Shown piece by piece: positions 40,714-56,750 of a DNA stretch of 64,000 nucleotides. The notes under the pieces are model-generated. The model made no database searches. It was given only the letters and a program-made list of their open reading frames with translations, and was not told the origin of the DNA. Positions within the stretch are counted from its first letter, which is position 1; the number at the start of each line of letters is the position of its first letter. Position numbers and translations under genes: made by a program. This stretch comes from Eledone cirrhosa (lineage: Eukaryota): positions 22,072,001 through 22,136,000 of the forward strand of contig OZ024751.1 in NCBI GenBank assembly GCA_964016885.1, read 5' to 3'.

Positions 40714-41030
40714 GAAGGCTGCCCCTTCGTTATTGAGTATGGCCATTGCACGATATACCATTATTAATAATTATTAATTAATTTTATCGTGCAATGCCTG
40801 TGCATGAAGATATTTTTTAAAGTGAGGAAAGACTGTGCACTGAGCCAATCCCACTCTCTGAGTGACATTAGCTATAACCCGAAAAGAAGAAAAGATCAAC
40901 ATCATCGGTAACTACTGAGCCGCAGGTTTTATGTCGGAGTTATCCCAATTTCCTGAGTTGCCTTCTCCTAGAAGAATGCCCTGACAAAGGCGAGGGGTCC
41001 TTCACTCCCGATGGTTTAACCGCGCGGTAC
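40714..41030 (-). mobile_element. RTE-derived bipartite non-autonomous element
   Basis: Minus strand has RTE-5'UTR-like motifs (ctaggagaaggcaactc; gagtgggattggctcagtgcacag...gcacaggcattgc) joined directly to the 3' tail shared with 62101-62130. Confidence 0.65.
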
Positions 41031-41100
41031 ATGTGTATATACATGTTTACACACTTTCGGATGGCCGTTGACTCTTTTATATATATATATATAAACACAC

Positions 41101-41148
<48 letters not shown>

Positions 41149-43323
41149 ACACACACATATATATATATATAAATATGTGTGTGTGTGTATGGGAGAAAGG
41201 TTTATTGGATTTCAGTTGAATCTGACGTAAATCCCATTCAGTACTCCATGTGATAATTTGATCCCAAGGTGTTTTAATGCCTAAGGACTCTACCGTTACA
41301 CAATATTATATAAATGAGATCGGATTTGAGCCTGGCCACTGTTCAAACACGTGTAAAGAATAAAGAAATAAGCGTGCTAAGTTTTTTTCTCTTCTCATTA
41401 TCTATCTATCTAGCTATTTATATCTGTCTGTATGTATGTATGTAAGTAACTATCTATCTATCTATCTAAAAAAAAAAGGAATAAATAAAGAAAGATATCG
41501 ATCTATCTATCTCTCTATCTATCTATTTATATCCATCTATTTTCATCCATCTATCCATCCTTTTTAAAGATAGTACCCTGCTGTATTTTACGAGAGATTT
41601 GGCAGCTATATATTGATGATATCGCTACTTTCGTTGACTTTGTTACTTCAGAAATTCTAATCAGCCAGTTCGTCATTATTCATAACCTATTCTCCCAATA
41701 TGATTGATATATTGTCTGTTAATCTGTTGTTTATTATAAAAAGTTGACTGGTACTTTGTATATTTTATCGAATCCCGAAGGAATAAAAACTGAGCAGACC
41801 CCGGTGGGAATTGAACTCAGAACATAAAATGATGTTAAGAAACAATACACGCCATTTTGTCTGTCGCTCTACCTATTAATGTCATTCACCGCTCTTACAC
41901 TTTCTCTACTAATAACATTATTTGACTAGGAACTATGTCGAAGATCTGTAAAGGAAGAGAAATGACAATCTGACTTTGATGCTTTTTTCTCAAAGACATT
42001 TCTAGAATTAGTGAACCGAAATGGTTTAACCAGGAAATAATAGAAATAAGAGAATATAAACGAGGGGGAGAGAGAGGATAGAGGGGAGAGGGGGGGGGGT
42101 TATATAAAGAACACGCACAAAAAAACAAACCAAAATCTTATATGGAATATCATTCAAAACGATTATAATACATCAGAATAAAGAAACTAATGTGGGGGTC
42201 GCCGACGACGAAGCCTTCTACATAGACGTACGGCCTGTTAGAAATAACAGCCAAATATCCATAAAAGTACATCTACAAGAAAGAACACTTTTGTTAGTGC
42301 TACGGCTGAAAATAAGGAATACAAAATAAGACGAGATGCCTTTGATATTAGGTCGGTTCTACCAGCAACGATAAGGGACTAAACAACAACAAAACAACGC
42401 CAACAAAATTTCCAATATCTTAATGTAGGGCTTTCATCCTTTCGAGGTTGATAAAAAAAGTAGCAGTCAAATACTGAGGTCAATTCTTCCCCTATATCTC
42501 TTTCTCACTTCCTCTCACTCTCTTTCTATCCTTCTCTGGAAGAAATCTTCTGTGTTTAGACCTAGGGAGGAATGGGCTTCGTCAGGCTTTAAAAAAATGC
42601 CCAAATAACGCCGTATGTCACCACGGCTCCTCCACAACTGCTGCTGGAGTTGCGGTATCAGACCATACCATGCCAATGTATGTCTTTATTACATTTTTGT
42701 GACGATGTAGCCAATATGAAAAGAGGCGAATTGGCAGAGTTGTTAAAAAGTAAGATAGAATACTTTATGATATTTGTTACATATCTCTGAGTTTTTGAGT
42801 TCAAATCGCGCCGCGACCAACCTTGCCTTTCATATTTTCTGAATCGATAAATAAAGTACCAGTCCGTGGTGTTGTAGTGGCAGGATTGCGAGAACTTTTC
42901 GACAAAATTTCTTGATTCATCTATTCTGGCTATCTGCGTTCTGACTTCAAATCCCGGGACCAATAACCCTAACACAGGTTCACAATTAAATATAAAATCT
43001 GCAATGGGTGGAGAAGGATTGCGGCCGTCAGCTACTGCCATTGCACGACAATGATGATGAGACAGGGCTTGCAAACTACTTTTCTATGGCCCGCAGCAGA
43101 ACCATTTGCGTGACTAATATTTTCCTAAAACATGGTAAATTGTCCCTCACCCCTTCCATACCCTTGCAGCAGCAGCATTAAGCTTGACCTGCCAACCTAA
43201 TACAAACAGACAGTCAATATTAAGTTCAGCCAGGGTCTGGCCTTTTTTTCCCCAGAGGAGGGTAGAATGTACTTTAATATTTCAGTCGCTTTCACTTCAA
43301 GATCAAAGGCTGAAAAGTAGAAA

Positions 43324-43442
<119 letters not shown>

Positions 43443-43889
43443 ATATTCTTAATAAGAACTTTAGTTTCAAAGACTTATTGTAGTGGAGGGATTACTGAGA
43501 TTATAGAAAACTAAATCCCACAACGCTATTATGACCCTTTCTAGCATGTAATTTTAAGTTTTAACACAACCAGCTCAGATCAGGTTAACGTGTCAAACAA
43601 GAGAAGAAAAACCAAAAAAAAAACCAAACATACAGAAAAGGAGAAAACTGACAGCATTCTTTGAGGTCTTTAATCTTCATCATTCTTCCAATTCGTTATA
43701 TAATGCCCGCATATGATCAGTTATTGATCCCCTAGTTTTATTATGTAAATAGAACCACGAATTATTGTAGTCAAAATGTATTCCATTTCTTTGTTCTACA
43801 ACTGGATGAATGTACTCTGTGTTAATGGTTTTAACCTTGGAACTGTGTTAATGTGAAATCATTGTTAATATTAGTGTTACTAAGAGGGT

Positions 43890-44350
43890 GGGGGTGGATG
43901 GGCAGGATGGGTAGAGCGTCGGACGCCATGCTTTGCGACATAGAGTTATGGCTCTTTATCATTTGAGTTCAAAATCCGCCGTGGTCAACTTTGCCTTTCA
44001 TCCTTATGGGGTCGATAAATTAAAAAACCAGTCACGCACTGGGGTCGATTTAATCGACTTTCCCCTTCCATAAAATTGCTGGCCTTGTGCCTAAATATAA
44101 GAAACCAATATTAGTGTTACTAGGAGGGTGGGGGTGGATGGGCAGGATCAGTAGAGCATCGTTCAACATGCTTTGCGGCATAGAGTTACGGCTCTTTACG
44201 TTTTGAGTTCAAATCTCGCTGAGGTTAACTTTGCCTTTCGTCCTTACGGAGTCGATAAAATAAAGTACCAGTCATGCACAGGGGTCGATTTAATCGACAT
44301 TCTCCTTCCCTTTAAATTGCTGGCCTTGTGCGTAAATTAGGAACAATTAT
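43890..44350 (+). mobile_element. Tandem SINE pair
   Basis: Two ~235-bp units, each preceded by aatattagtgttacta and gagggtgggggtggatgggcagga. Confidence 0.9.
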
Positions 44351-44579
44351 TAGTATTAGTGCAACATTTTCTTGAACACCGCTATAGTATTTGACTCTTC
44401 TTGCTACGGTGTTACGGTCATTGGTAAATCTGGTAGAATTAATCCCCCTGGCTTTAATTTTCTCCCTTCATGTTTTGTGGAAAGCGAAATTTAATGACGT
44501 AATTAAATAGCACAAAATATTTCATCCGGTGCTCTACCGAATCTGCCAATTCCCCGTTCTATAAATATTAAATAATAAT

Positions 44580-44767
44580 TGTTTCTACTTTTGGCACAAG
44601 GCCAGCAATTACCCAGTACATTACTGGTACTTTATTTTATCGACCCCGTAAGGATGAAAGGCAAAGTTAACCTCGGCGAGATTTGAATTCAGATCATAAA
44701 GGGACGCAGCTCTATGCTTCAAAGCATGGCGTCCGATCCTCTACCGATACTGCCGATCCACCGCCCT
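44580..44767 (-). mobile_element. Main-family SINE with 18-bp target-site duplication
   Basis: taaatattaaataataat at 44562-44579 and 44768-44785. Further minus copies at 49082-49460. Confidence 0.92.
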
Positions 44768-45287
44768 TAAATATTAAATAATAATGGTTTCTAATTTGGA
44801 TACAAAAAGCAGAAATTTTGAGGGGTGGGGGTGGGGGGTAATGTCGATTAAATCATCTTCGGAAGGATGAAAGGCAAAGTTGACCTCGGCGGGATTTGAA
44901 CACAGAACGCAAAGAGCTATAATCAAACAGCACAAAGTATTTTTTCTGGCGCTCTACCGATTTTGCAAATCCACTGAGGCTCTGTTAATGTTTAATAATA
45001 TATTTTTTGTCTTGTCTTCTGACGATTTAAGCTATGATGAAGTCTTCTCTTCATTTGTGATGTTGTCGCCCTTCATTCCTTCCCTTCACTCTTTCCCTCC
45101 CTCCCTCCCCACCTCTCTTCCTTTCTCTCTCTCTTCCCTCCCACCAATCTTCCTCTCTGTTGCACTCTGCCTCCCCCCATCCCATGTATCACATTACATT
45201 AATGTGTCCATTACATTAACGTGTAACGCCACATTAGTAAATTTCCTGAAACAACCACATGTTGCGGTGTCAGTTTAATAGTCAATG

Positions 45288-45328
45288 TCGGCAGATTTAT
45301 TCGACAATTAGATGTGTTGTTGTTATGG

Positions 45329-45361
<33 letters not shown>

Positions 45362-45887
45362 CACCTCTGCTCAGCCCTGATTGAGCAATCACGTGACCAA
45401 AGGAGCGCCAACCATGACAGCCCCGTCTGATCGACAAATCAATCTCGGCAGATTTATTAGACAATTATATGTGTTGTTGTTATGGTTGTTGTTGTTGTTG
45501 TTTCACCTCTGCTCAGCCCTGATTGAGCAATCACGTGACCAAAGGAGCGCCAACCATGCCAGCCCCGTCTGATCGACAAATCAATCTCGGCAGATTTATT
45601 AGACAATTATATGTGTTGTTATTATGGTTGTTGTTGCTGTTGTTTCACATCTGCTCATTCCTGATTGTTCATAGGCTGACTATGAAGGAGTGATGCTAGC
45701 GCTGTGAAATCTTGCATTCATTTATTTTTTTCAACTCTTCTTATTAATAACTGCATTAATTCTTTCCAGGGACTATGTTGAAAAATAAACCTCATTTGGT
45801 CATTCCGTGAGAGTATCTTGGTCAGGCTATGAACTTTTCCGTTGACCATCATACATGTGTAGAGAGATCTAGGGAGCGTTAGCTTAC

Positions 45888-45920
<33 letters not shown>

Positions 45921-46040
45921 GCCTTTGCTCAGCCCTGTTTGAGCAGCCACATGATCAGAGGAGCGCCAACCATGCCCACCGCATCTAACTGGCAAATCAA
46001 TCTCGGCAGATTTATTAGACATTTATATGTGTAGAGAGAT
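45288..46040 (+). repeat. Tandem ~140-160 bp units of a dispersed (GTT)n-headed repeat, interrupted by a mariner-type MITE (45668-45853, minus)
   Basis: tcggcagatttatt recurs at 45288, 45446, 45587 and 46003. Related units at 22120-22400, 46455-47030 and 55175-55250. Confidence 0.8.
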
Positions 46041-47053
46041 ATGCATGCATGATTCGGTAACCCCCAAAGGAATCATAAGGACGCCGCATTGACTTACAGC
46101 GCTTCTCGGAAATCTTTTAAATTTGGCGGAACCCATCTCCTATCTAGGCTTGAGTACAATAGATTTCTTCCACAGAAGGATAGATGATCAGAGAATGGAA
46201 GTGAGAAAGATATATAAAGGAAGAATCAACCTCAGTACTTCCCTGGTACTTTTTTTATCGATCTCGTTTGGGTGAACGGCAGAGTTGACCTGGGCGGGAT
46301 TTGCACTCAGAAAGCATTCTAACCGACGTTCTAACGATTCTGTTAATCCAACTCGGCATAATTTGAACTTAGATAGTAGAGAACAGGAATGAATACCACA
46401 AAACCACGTTCTAACGACTCTCTCAATTCGTCCCAGTAGAGATATGGAGGGCGTTGTTGTTGTTTAAACCCAGCCCAGGCCGATTGAGCAGTCATATGAC
46501 CAGAGGCGTTCTAATCATGACCGCCCCCACCCGACATAGTGTACATTAGATAACATTATACAATGTGATCTTTCTTGTTGCACGAGTTTCGTTAACTCCC
46601 GCTCAACTATGGTTGTTATTTTTGTTGTTGAGCTCCTCCCTAAGTGATCCAAAGTGTTCCAGCTATGACCACCACACCGCGTTCTTCTTCACAGTCACAG
46701 TGTACAGTGTATATAAGACTACGTTATACAATCTGTCATTCTTCGTTATAGTTGTTAATTTTGGTTAACTCGAGCTCAGCTCTGATTAAGCAGTTCTATG
46801 ATCAGACATAGCGTATATAGTATTACGTTATATAATTGTCTTTCCTTGTTGTTATTGAACAGTCTTATGATCCACAGAGTTCCAGCTATGACCATCCCTT
46901 CTTATGTCTCTACAGACATAGTGTATATAATACTACGTTATAAAATATGTCTTTCTTTGCTGCTGCTGTTGTTTAGCTCCAGGTCAGTACTGGTTGAATG
47001 ATCCACAGAGATCCAGCTATGACCATTACTTCCTCTCTCTCTCTCTCTCTCTA

Positions 47054-47358
<305 letters not shown>

Positions 47359-48090
47359 CGAAGGTTACCCGCTTAGTTTCCACCTAAAAGAACTTCACGC
47401 AAATATACACACTTAAACACACATTGGCAGAAACACTAACACCGCATCCCATCGCACACATACATATATACAAATATAAACGCACACATACACTCATATG
47501 CATCACATATATATTTATAAGTAGGGAACGACTTTTCTTTCAAACGTATGGAATCCATTTTGTCAATCGTCTGAACACTGTACTTATGTAATTCAAAACT
47601 TTGGGCACATCATCAGTGTTGTATCTTAGAGTTACAGAGTATTTCGACTCTTACAAACTTAAAATCTATACCCTCATCAGGTGACTCGACCGAGGTTTAT
47701 GAAGACTCGGCATTTATCCAAGTGGCATGCTACTGATCCAACCAATCACTTCCGTACAGTCATACTCACCTAGATGACTTCTTTGATGGCTCTTCTCAAG
47801 CCCAACCCTAACCTCACCTCTATATTGATTAGGGTTCCGTCGGAATTAAATGCAACAAAATAAATGTGCCAATCCACATTATAAATGTAGGTCGCCCACG
47901 CATTCTTACTCTAGAATGGTAATCTCCATATGTATCTATGTATCAAGCTTATACTTCCATAGATGGTTGACAGCGAATCTTTGAAGATTTTACATTATTG
48001 AATTGCATGTTGTTTTCAATTGCATGCCACATATATATATATGTATAAAAGCATCGACATGTACTAACGATATATATATGTATCTTATGC

Positions 48091-48121
<31 letters not shown>

Positions 48122-48617
48122 CAAGTAAATATATACGTATTAAACACATATGTTTGCATGTTACTATTATTTCATCATTTACTACATTAAACTGCATCAA
48201 TAATCCATATGAATGTATGCAGTCAATCAATGGAATAAAATCAATGATTATTATCAATAACATCTCAAATAGAAATAATTATTAAATCTAATTAACGTGC
48301 TAATGACTGTTGAAGCTGCTATTAAAGTTTTATAACGTTAGAAACCTCAAAAGAGTTTCATCAATGTTTGAAATATAATTAGATTATTACTTATGATATA
48401 TATATATATATATAATATAAACACGCGTTATATATATACGTATATATATATTATATATGTATATATATATACAAGTTATATGTATATATATATATATAGT
48501 TTTATACATTGCAGACAGGTAACGCTTACAAACACATATATACATATGTATATCACTATATGTATATGTTACAAAAACATTCATATGTGTGTGTATGTGC
48601 GTGTATATATTACACAC

Positions 48618-48728
<111 letters not shown>

Positions 48729-49046
48729 CACGTGTGTCTCTGTGTGTTTGATGTTTGAAGTTGCTCAGGGAGTTATGTTCAGAAGATAAGCCAGCACTCT
48801 TAATTAAGTCGTTCCTAATTTCTTACTTAACAGACACAAGGCCGAAAATGATTTGGCAAGAGTAAAATCAATTACATCGCTACCCCAATACATTACAGGT
48901 TCTATATTTTTCTACCCCGGAAGGATGAAAGGTTAAATTGATCTTAGCAATATTTGAACTCAGAACTTTAAAAAAAAACCCCACCTAAAAAAAGGCCAGA
49001 GGAAATATCGCAACGTTATTTCAAAGATGTTTTGTAATTCCATAGC

Positions 49047-49083
<37 letters not shown>

Positions 49084-49876
49084 TTGTTTCTACTTTTGGC
49101 TCAAGGCCAGCAATTACCACAGTGCATTACTGGTACTTTATTTTATCGACCCCGTAAGGATGAAAGGCAAAGTTAACCTCGGCGAGATTTGAACTCAGAA
49201 CAAAAAGTGCCATAATTCTATGCTGGAAAGCAGAGCGTCTGACGCTCTACCGATACTGCCAATCCATAATTGCTTATGATTTAGGCACAAGGCCAACAAT
49301 TTTTGGGGAGGGGAAAGTCGGTTACCTTGACCCCAGTACATTACTGGTACTTATTTTATCGACCCCGTAAGGATAAAAGGCAAAGCTTACCTCGGCAGGA
49401 TTTGACCCCATAACTATATGACACAAAGTATATTGTCCGATAATCTACCGATTCTGCCAATTGACTGATTTAATAAGAAGACACAGCGGGGATTGAACAT
49501 TTCAGGTAACCGCCACCAGTATAAAGATAAGCAAAATACTTTATCTTAAGAAAGTTGACTCAGCCAACGATAATGACTCCATTTACATGATAAAGCAAAC
49601 TTAAGAAACTAAAATTCAGCGAGGAGAAAACTAAAAACTCAGGATTGAAATTTGTAATAACGATTTTAGTATAACGTTCGTGACAGAAGATGATTTATTT
49701 TATAATTTGTACTACTAAATCCTAAAGCTGTATAAAATGCTTTCTGGTATTGCTGGCCACTCTACATTCTCTCAAATCACATTGAGGTCAACTTTGCTTC
49801 CAACATTTCGAGGTGGATGAAAAAAGTACTAGGGTCAATTCTGCCTCCTCCGTTTTGTTACACACACACACACACA

Positions 49877-49914
<38 letters not shown>

Positions 49915-50030
49915 GACACACACACAGACACACACACACAGACAGACACACACACAGACACACACACACACACACACATACTCACAGACACACACACAGA
50001 CACACACAGACACACACATACACACACACT

Positions 50031-50061
<31 letters not shown>

Positions 50062-50096
50062 ACAGACACACACCTACACAGACTCACACTCACTGA

Positions 50097-50137
<41 letters not shown>

Positions 50138-50784
50138 ACACACATACACACACATAGACTCCCACTCACACACATACTCACTCACCCACACTCACTCACT
50201 CTAAGAAATTAGCTGTGTTCAGACAAGAAGTGATAAATAAACTCCGCCATGTTTAAAGTGAGTCAGACAAGCCACATGTGAGGATGGCGCCCTTACAACT
50301 CCATCAGGGTTCATGTCTGCACATCAGTAAATGAGGGTTATGGTTGACTTTGTAACCGTGGCAAGAGTTATTAAGAATATGATTTTCTAAGTACATTCTA
50401 TTGTATCATCTAACATAGAATGTACTAGAGGTTCTTCTGAAATCTATGGAGGCTATCATACCAAGTCAATTTATATTACACACGTAGGCACACACACACG
50501 CACACATATACACACACACACATATTATATTTGCGTATATTTAAATATTATATTTGCATATATTTAAATATTATATGCATACATATTTTTACACACACAT
50601 ACAAACATATATATATATACATAAAATATTTAAATATATACATATTTTTTTATATATATACATACGCGTACACACACGCATATATATATATATGTATTAT
50701 ATATATATATATTTACATATATATATACATGTATTATATATATAAATGTACACAAAAATATATATCTATTAATATATTTATAAT

Positions 50785-50828
<44 letters not shown>

Positions 50829-50874
50829 TCACATATATATTATATATATATGTATATGTAAATATATTTATAAT

Positions 50875-50955
<81 letters not shown>

Positions 50956-51079
50956 ATATGTATATTATAGTATATTGCTCTGATTATTTAATTTATTAAT
51001 TCATCATTGAGCCACATCGTGAATGGTTGCCAAAACACATATATATCTGTGACTTTGTCTAGTTTGTGTATATGTGAAT

Positions 51080-51123
<44 letters not shown>

Positions 51124-51128
51124 ATAGT

Positions 51129-51161
<33 letters not shown>

Positions 51162-51182
51162 GTATATATATATGTATATATG

Positions 51183-51217
<35 letters not shown>

Positions 51218-51231
51218 GTATATATATATAC

Positions 51232-51267
<36 letters not shown>

Positions 51268-51294
51268 GTATATGTATATATATATATGTATATG

Positions 51295-51359
<65 letters not shown>

Positions 51360-51360
51360 G

Positions 51361-51450
<90 letters not shown>

Positions 51451-51590
51451 AATATATATATGTATATATATGTATGAGTATATATATGTATATATATGTA
51501 TATATATGTATGAGTATATATATGTATATATATGTATATATATGTATGAATGTATATATATGTATATATATGTATGAATATATATATATG

Positions 51591-51622
<32 letters not shown>

Positions 51623-51752
51623 TATGTATGTATCTAAGTATATATGTATATATATAAGTATGTATATATATATATATATATATAAGTATGTATATATATA
51701 TATATAAGTATGTATATATATATATATATGTATGTATATATATATATATATG

Positions 51753-52130
<378 letters not shown>

Positions 52131-52409
52131 ATATAATACATATATAATACAATATAATATAATATAACATAAGTAAACGAAGCAAAAAGTAATTGAACGA
52201 AACTCCCGCTGCGATGGCGGTCTCTACTAATGTTGTACTAACTCTTTTCTGATTAAATTTTAAATCTACTTCCTTCCTTTCTCAATGGTGCCCGGAAGGG
52301 GCTTTCTTCAACGTGAATCGCTGCCTTGGCTTCCCGTTTATATTCCATGGATTCCATCACGCAACAATTGCTTCGTATCTCATTAGGTCTGGATTAGTAT
52401 ATATATATG

Positions 52410-52449
<40 letters not shown>

Positions 52450-52466
52450 CACATACACACACACAC

Positions 52467-52539
<73 letters not shown>

Positions 52540-52642
52540 GTGTGTGTGTGAGACGTGTGTGATTATGTTGGTGTCAGAGCAGTGCAGTGATTTATGGAAT
52601 GGTATGCACGTAAAGCAACTTGGATTTCTTTTAAAAGATCTT

Positions 52643-52685
<43 letters not shown>

Positions 52686-53115
52686 CGCGCGTGTGTGTGT
52701 ATGTACGTATATATGAAATATGATATGACTTTCATATATGGTTATATAAATATTACAGGCTTCCTACAGGACTAGAACTGTTACGTTTGCTTGAAATAAG
52801 CAGACATTTGATACTGTATATATTAAATATATGTATTGACGCCTTTCTATTATTTTATAGTATATATAGTATACCAAGAAAAAGGACAAATACAATGGGA
52901 GGAAAGATTAAAAAACTAAAATGACATATGCCTACACACACACTCACACACATATATATGCATAGACATACACTCATACACATATATATGCATAGATATA
53001 CACTCACACACATATATATGCATAGACATACATGTGTGTGTGAGTGTACGATGAAAGAAAAATCCACTGTATCAAAGAAGGGCTATGGCAATGCAGATCT
53101 AACATTAAATATCGA

Positions 53116-53187
<72 letters not shown>

Positions 53188-53621
53188 GTGTAGTAGTAGT
53201 AGTAGTAGTAGTAGTAGTAATAATAATGATAACGTTAAGAATATTGAAATATTGGGTTAGATATTGTTAATTAGTCTACATATTTCGGGTACAGTGCTCT
53301 TTCACAAAGGTGTTAAGAGAACCACAGAGGGAGAGAGAAAGAGAGAGTGTGTGTGTGTGTGTGTGTGTGAGTGTGTGAGAGGGTGAGAGAGAGAGAGTAC
53401 ACCTCTATTAGTTTAACATGCTGATTATTTAATCAGCATGCTAACTAATTAACCAGCATGATAAACTAATGGACGTGTAATTCTCCTCGTATCACTTTTT
53501 CATCGTATCACTTCTCTTAAAACGTTCGTGAAGTAAGGTGATATTTTATCCGAAATATATAGAATGATTATATATTTCATGTCCATATTATTGGACTTGA
53601 CTTCACGCAAACTACACCATT

Positions 53622-53690
<69 letters not shown>

Positions 53691-53742
53691 TCACTCTCTC
53701 TCTCACTATCTCACTCTCACTCTCTCTCTCTCTCTCTCTCAC

Positions 53743-53814
<72 letters not shown>

Positions 53815-54108
53815 TCACACACAAACATATATATATACGTAAATAAAACCGATATAACTTGAATCAGCCCACAATAACAGAACAAACACCCTAAACCGGA
53901 CGCCAACCTGTACTCACGACTCATGCAAGGCGTGAATACAGCAGATCTCTTCCAGGGAACGTTAGAGTAAGTGAGTGAATGGAAGAGATATAAAGGAAAA
54001 AAATCGACCCCCAGTACTAGACTGGTACTTTTTTGTCAAAGGCAAAGTTGACCTCGGCGGGATTTTGAATTCAACAGAGAGTCGAAATGAATACCGCAAA
54101 GCAATCTA

Positions 54109-54139
<31 letters not shown>

Positions 54140-54144
54140 GCTCA

Positions 54145-54246
<102 letters not shown>

Positions 54247-56607
54247 CTCACACGCCCACATACGTATATATGTGTAAGTTATGTGAGTCTGATAAATTAA
54301 TTTACACTATGTATGTTATCACCAACTGTCAGTTAGAAGTGACAACTCGTTTCACAAATGTTGATGCTATTACATTGGCAGTATCGGTAGAGGGTCGGAC
54401 GCCATGCTTTCCAGCATAGTTACGTCCCTTTACGATCTGAGTTCAAATCCCGCCGAAGTTGACTTTGCCTTTCATCCTTACGGGGTCGATAAAATAAAGT
54501 ACCAGCATAAAATAAAGTACATAAAATAAAGTACATGCACTGGGTAATTGCTGGCCTTGTGCCTAAAGTAGAAACAATTATTACATTGCTAGTAATAAAC
54601 GCTAATCAAATATTGTCAGTCTATATTCATACTGATGTAGATAGATATATCAAACATTGATTGGAGACACCGTTCACTACATCACCTTTTGATATACATA
54701 CGAATTCCTACTATTGTCTCCCTTTAGGAATTTACTTAACTAGTTCTATTTTTAATTATGCAAATTAACATTGATAACCCCCCCCCCAACAACAAACATA
54801 CTTATTTATTTTTCTCTCTATATATTAAAGAAAATTAATTCCGATCGACAAAGAAGTTGATAATGTACCAATAATATCCTGACGAGATCTAACAAGCCGA
54901 AACATATGTATATAGTGGTGTTTTGCAGATAATTCCCTTATCCTAACTCTGTGAAATTATTTGAAAATGAATTTTTATTTACTTGAAATTGTCTCCCCTT
55001 CTCTTTGAGGATCAATGACAATTGCCACCAGGTCTGTCATTTTCTGTCTCCCACTCAGAGAATGATTTTAAACACGCCCTTGTTTCTTTTTAAAGACAGT
55101 TGTGTGATTTGTGAGGGATTTGACTATTATTTTTAGCAGAACAAGTGTCCATGTGCTATTGATACGTTCTGGTTCTGTTGCTTAGCTCCACGTCAGTGCT
55201 CATTAAGCTGACCTATGATCAAAGTTGTTCCAGCTACGATCAATCCATTTGTTTCTTTTTTTTATTCTATACATAAAATATATAGAACTCTACAATTCAA
55301 CGTGTCCGACTAAATAGTCGGATATATACGAACTCCCACTATTCTCTCCATTGAGTGATTTCATTTAATTACTTTTATTTTTAATCATGAAAATTAACAT
55401 TCATACGCCCCTCCTCACACACACAAAAAGCAAAACAAACATACCTAATTATATTTCTATTTGTAAAAAATTTAAATTCTGATCGGAAAACACGTTGTTA
55501 ATGTAATAATCTAATGGTAATATCATAAAGTGGAATATAATAGGTAGAGCATCGGACAACATGCTTTGCAGCATCGAGTTACGGCCTTTTACGTTATGAG
55601 TTCGAATCCCGTCGAGGTTAGCTTTGCCTTTCATCCTTACGGGGCGATAAATAAAGCACCAGTAAAGCACTGTGGTCGATTTAATCGAATGACACGTGTT
55701 CCATTAAACAGATGCGATATAGTACATATAAATAAAATCTATTTATATGGAATCAAATCCAAATAAATTGTCCGGATATGCTATTAAACGGCTTTACGGA
55801 GTATTTCAAAAGATATTAGAATTCAAACACTAGAAATTCATCGTTTCATATCCTCTCTTAATTGATGGTTTTCGTCTAGTTGCCAATAGTAGACAATTAT
55901 TTATAATTGCTTGTAATTGTTGAAACCTTACCCGAAATATGAAAAACTAGCTAATTGGATTACAAAGTTCTTAGAGCTTTCCATCGTCTAATTTTCTTTG
56001 TCTTATTTTCTAATCTCCACAGTTTTCTCTGTCTATCTAAAAACCGGATAAATTTATTGTTGCAAAGACATATAATGGAATGGTTATACCTGATAATAGA
56101 ATACATGATCTTATTTTCTGTCGATAAAAAACAAGGGAAAACGGCTTTTGTTAGCCTTTTTGATAGTAAATCGTTTGAAGGTTTTCTGATATAAATATGT
56201 TTATAGTTACTTAAATCCTTCCCTCGTTATAATGTTATGTACGAAAGTCTGTTAAGTCATGATCTAAACACCAGTTGAATAATGAGAAAGTTATGTTACT
56301 AAATCCACCCAGAATCTTAATTATTCTAAAAAAGATTTGAATATTATAGACAGTGTATTTCATTACAAAGAAAAGAGAGTGTAGATATGTATCGGGTGAA
56401 GTGAAACAAGTGACGTCACGTCGGCAGAGAGAGAGAGAGAGGGGGAGAGAGGGGGAGAGAGAGGGAGGGAGAGGGAGGGAGAGGGAGGGAGAGAGAGAGA
56501 GAGATCTGCAACTGAAAGAAAGCCTTGACTGAATGGTTGAAACAAAGTGGACTTCACCAAAGACACCAAAGCTGGTTCTTTGAGTTACATGTACAATCCA
56601 TCTGAGA

Positions 56608-56750
56608 GATGGGCTTCCAAACAGTTTCCGTTTACCAAATTTCACTCGCGATGGAATGGGTCCATCCGAAGCCATAGTAAATGAAATTTGCCCAAGATGC
56701 CATGTGGTGGGTTCAAACCTGCGACCTAATGATTGCGAAGCGAACTCCAT
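56608..56750 (-). mobile_element. CORE-type SINE fragment (plus-strand relative at 60716-60870)
   Basis: gggcttccaaacagtttccgtttacc...ttgcccaagatgcc mirrors accttgggcaagtg...ggtagacggaaactg. Confidence 0.65.

Noticed and set aside
45288-45660. CRISPR-like periodicity (also 22070-22280 and 27400-27620)
   Set aside because: Whole units repeat with no unique spacers; eukaryotic context and no cas genes.
46050-46165. Random-looking GC islands (also 10250 and 53860) as untemplated DNA
   Set aside because: Their reverse complements align with 42541-42660 and 9850-9970, so they are an old SINE tail.
47681-47737. Possible exon GDSTEVYEDSAFIQVACY* for the signal-peptide gene
   Set aside because: The acceptor coincides with a minus-strand hammerhead core in a probable repeat; the product is short and there is no other support.
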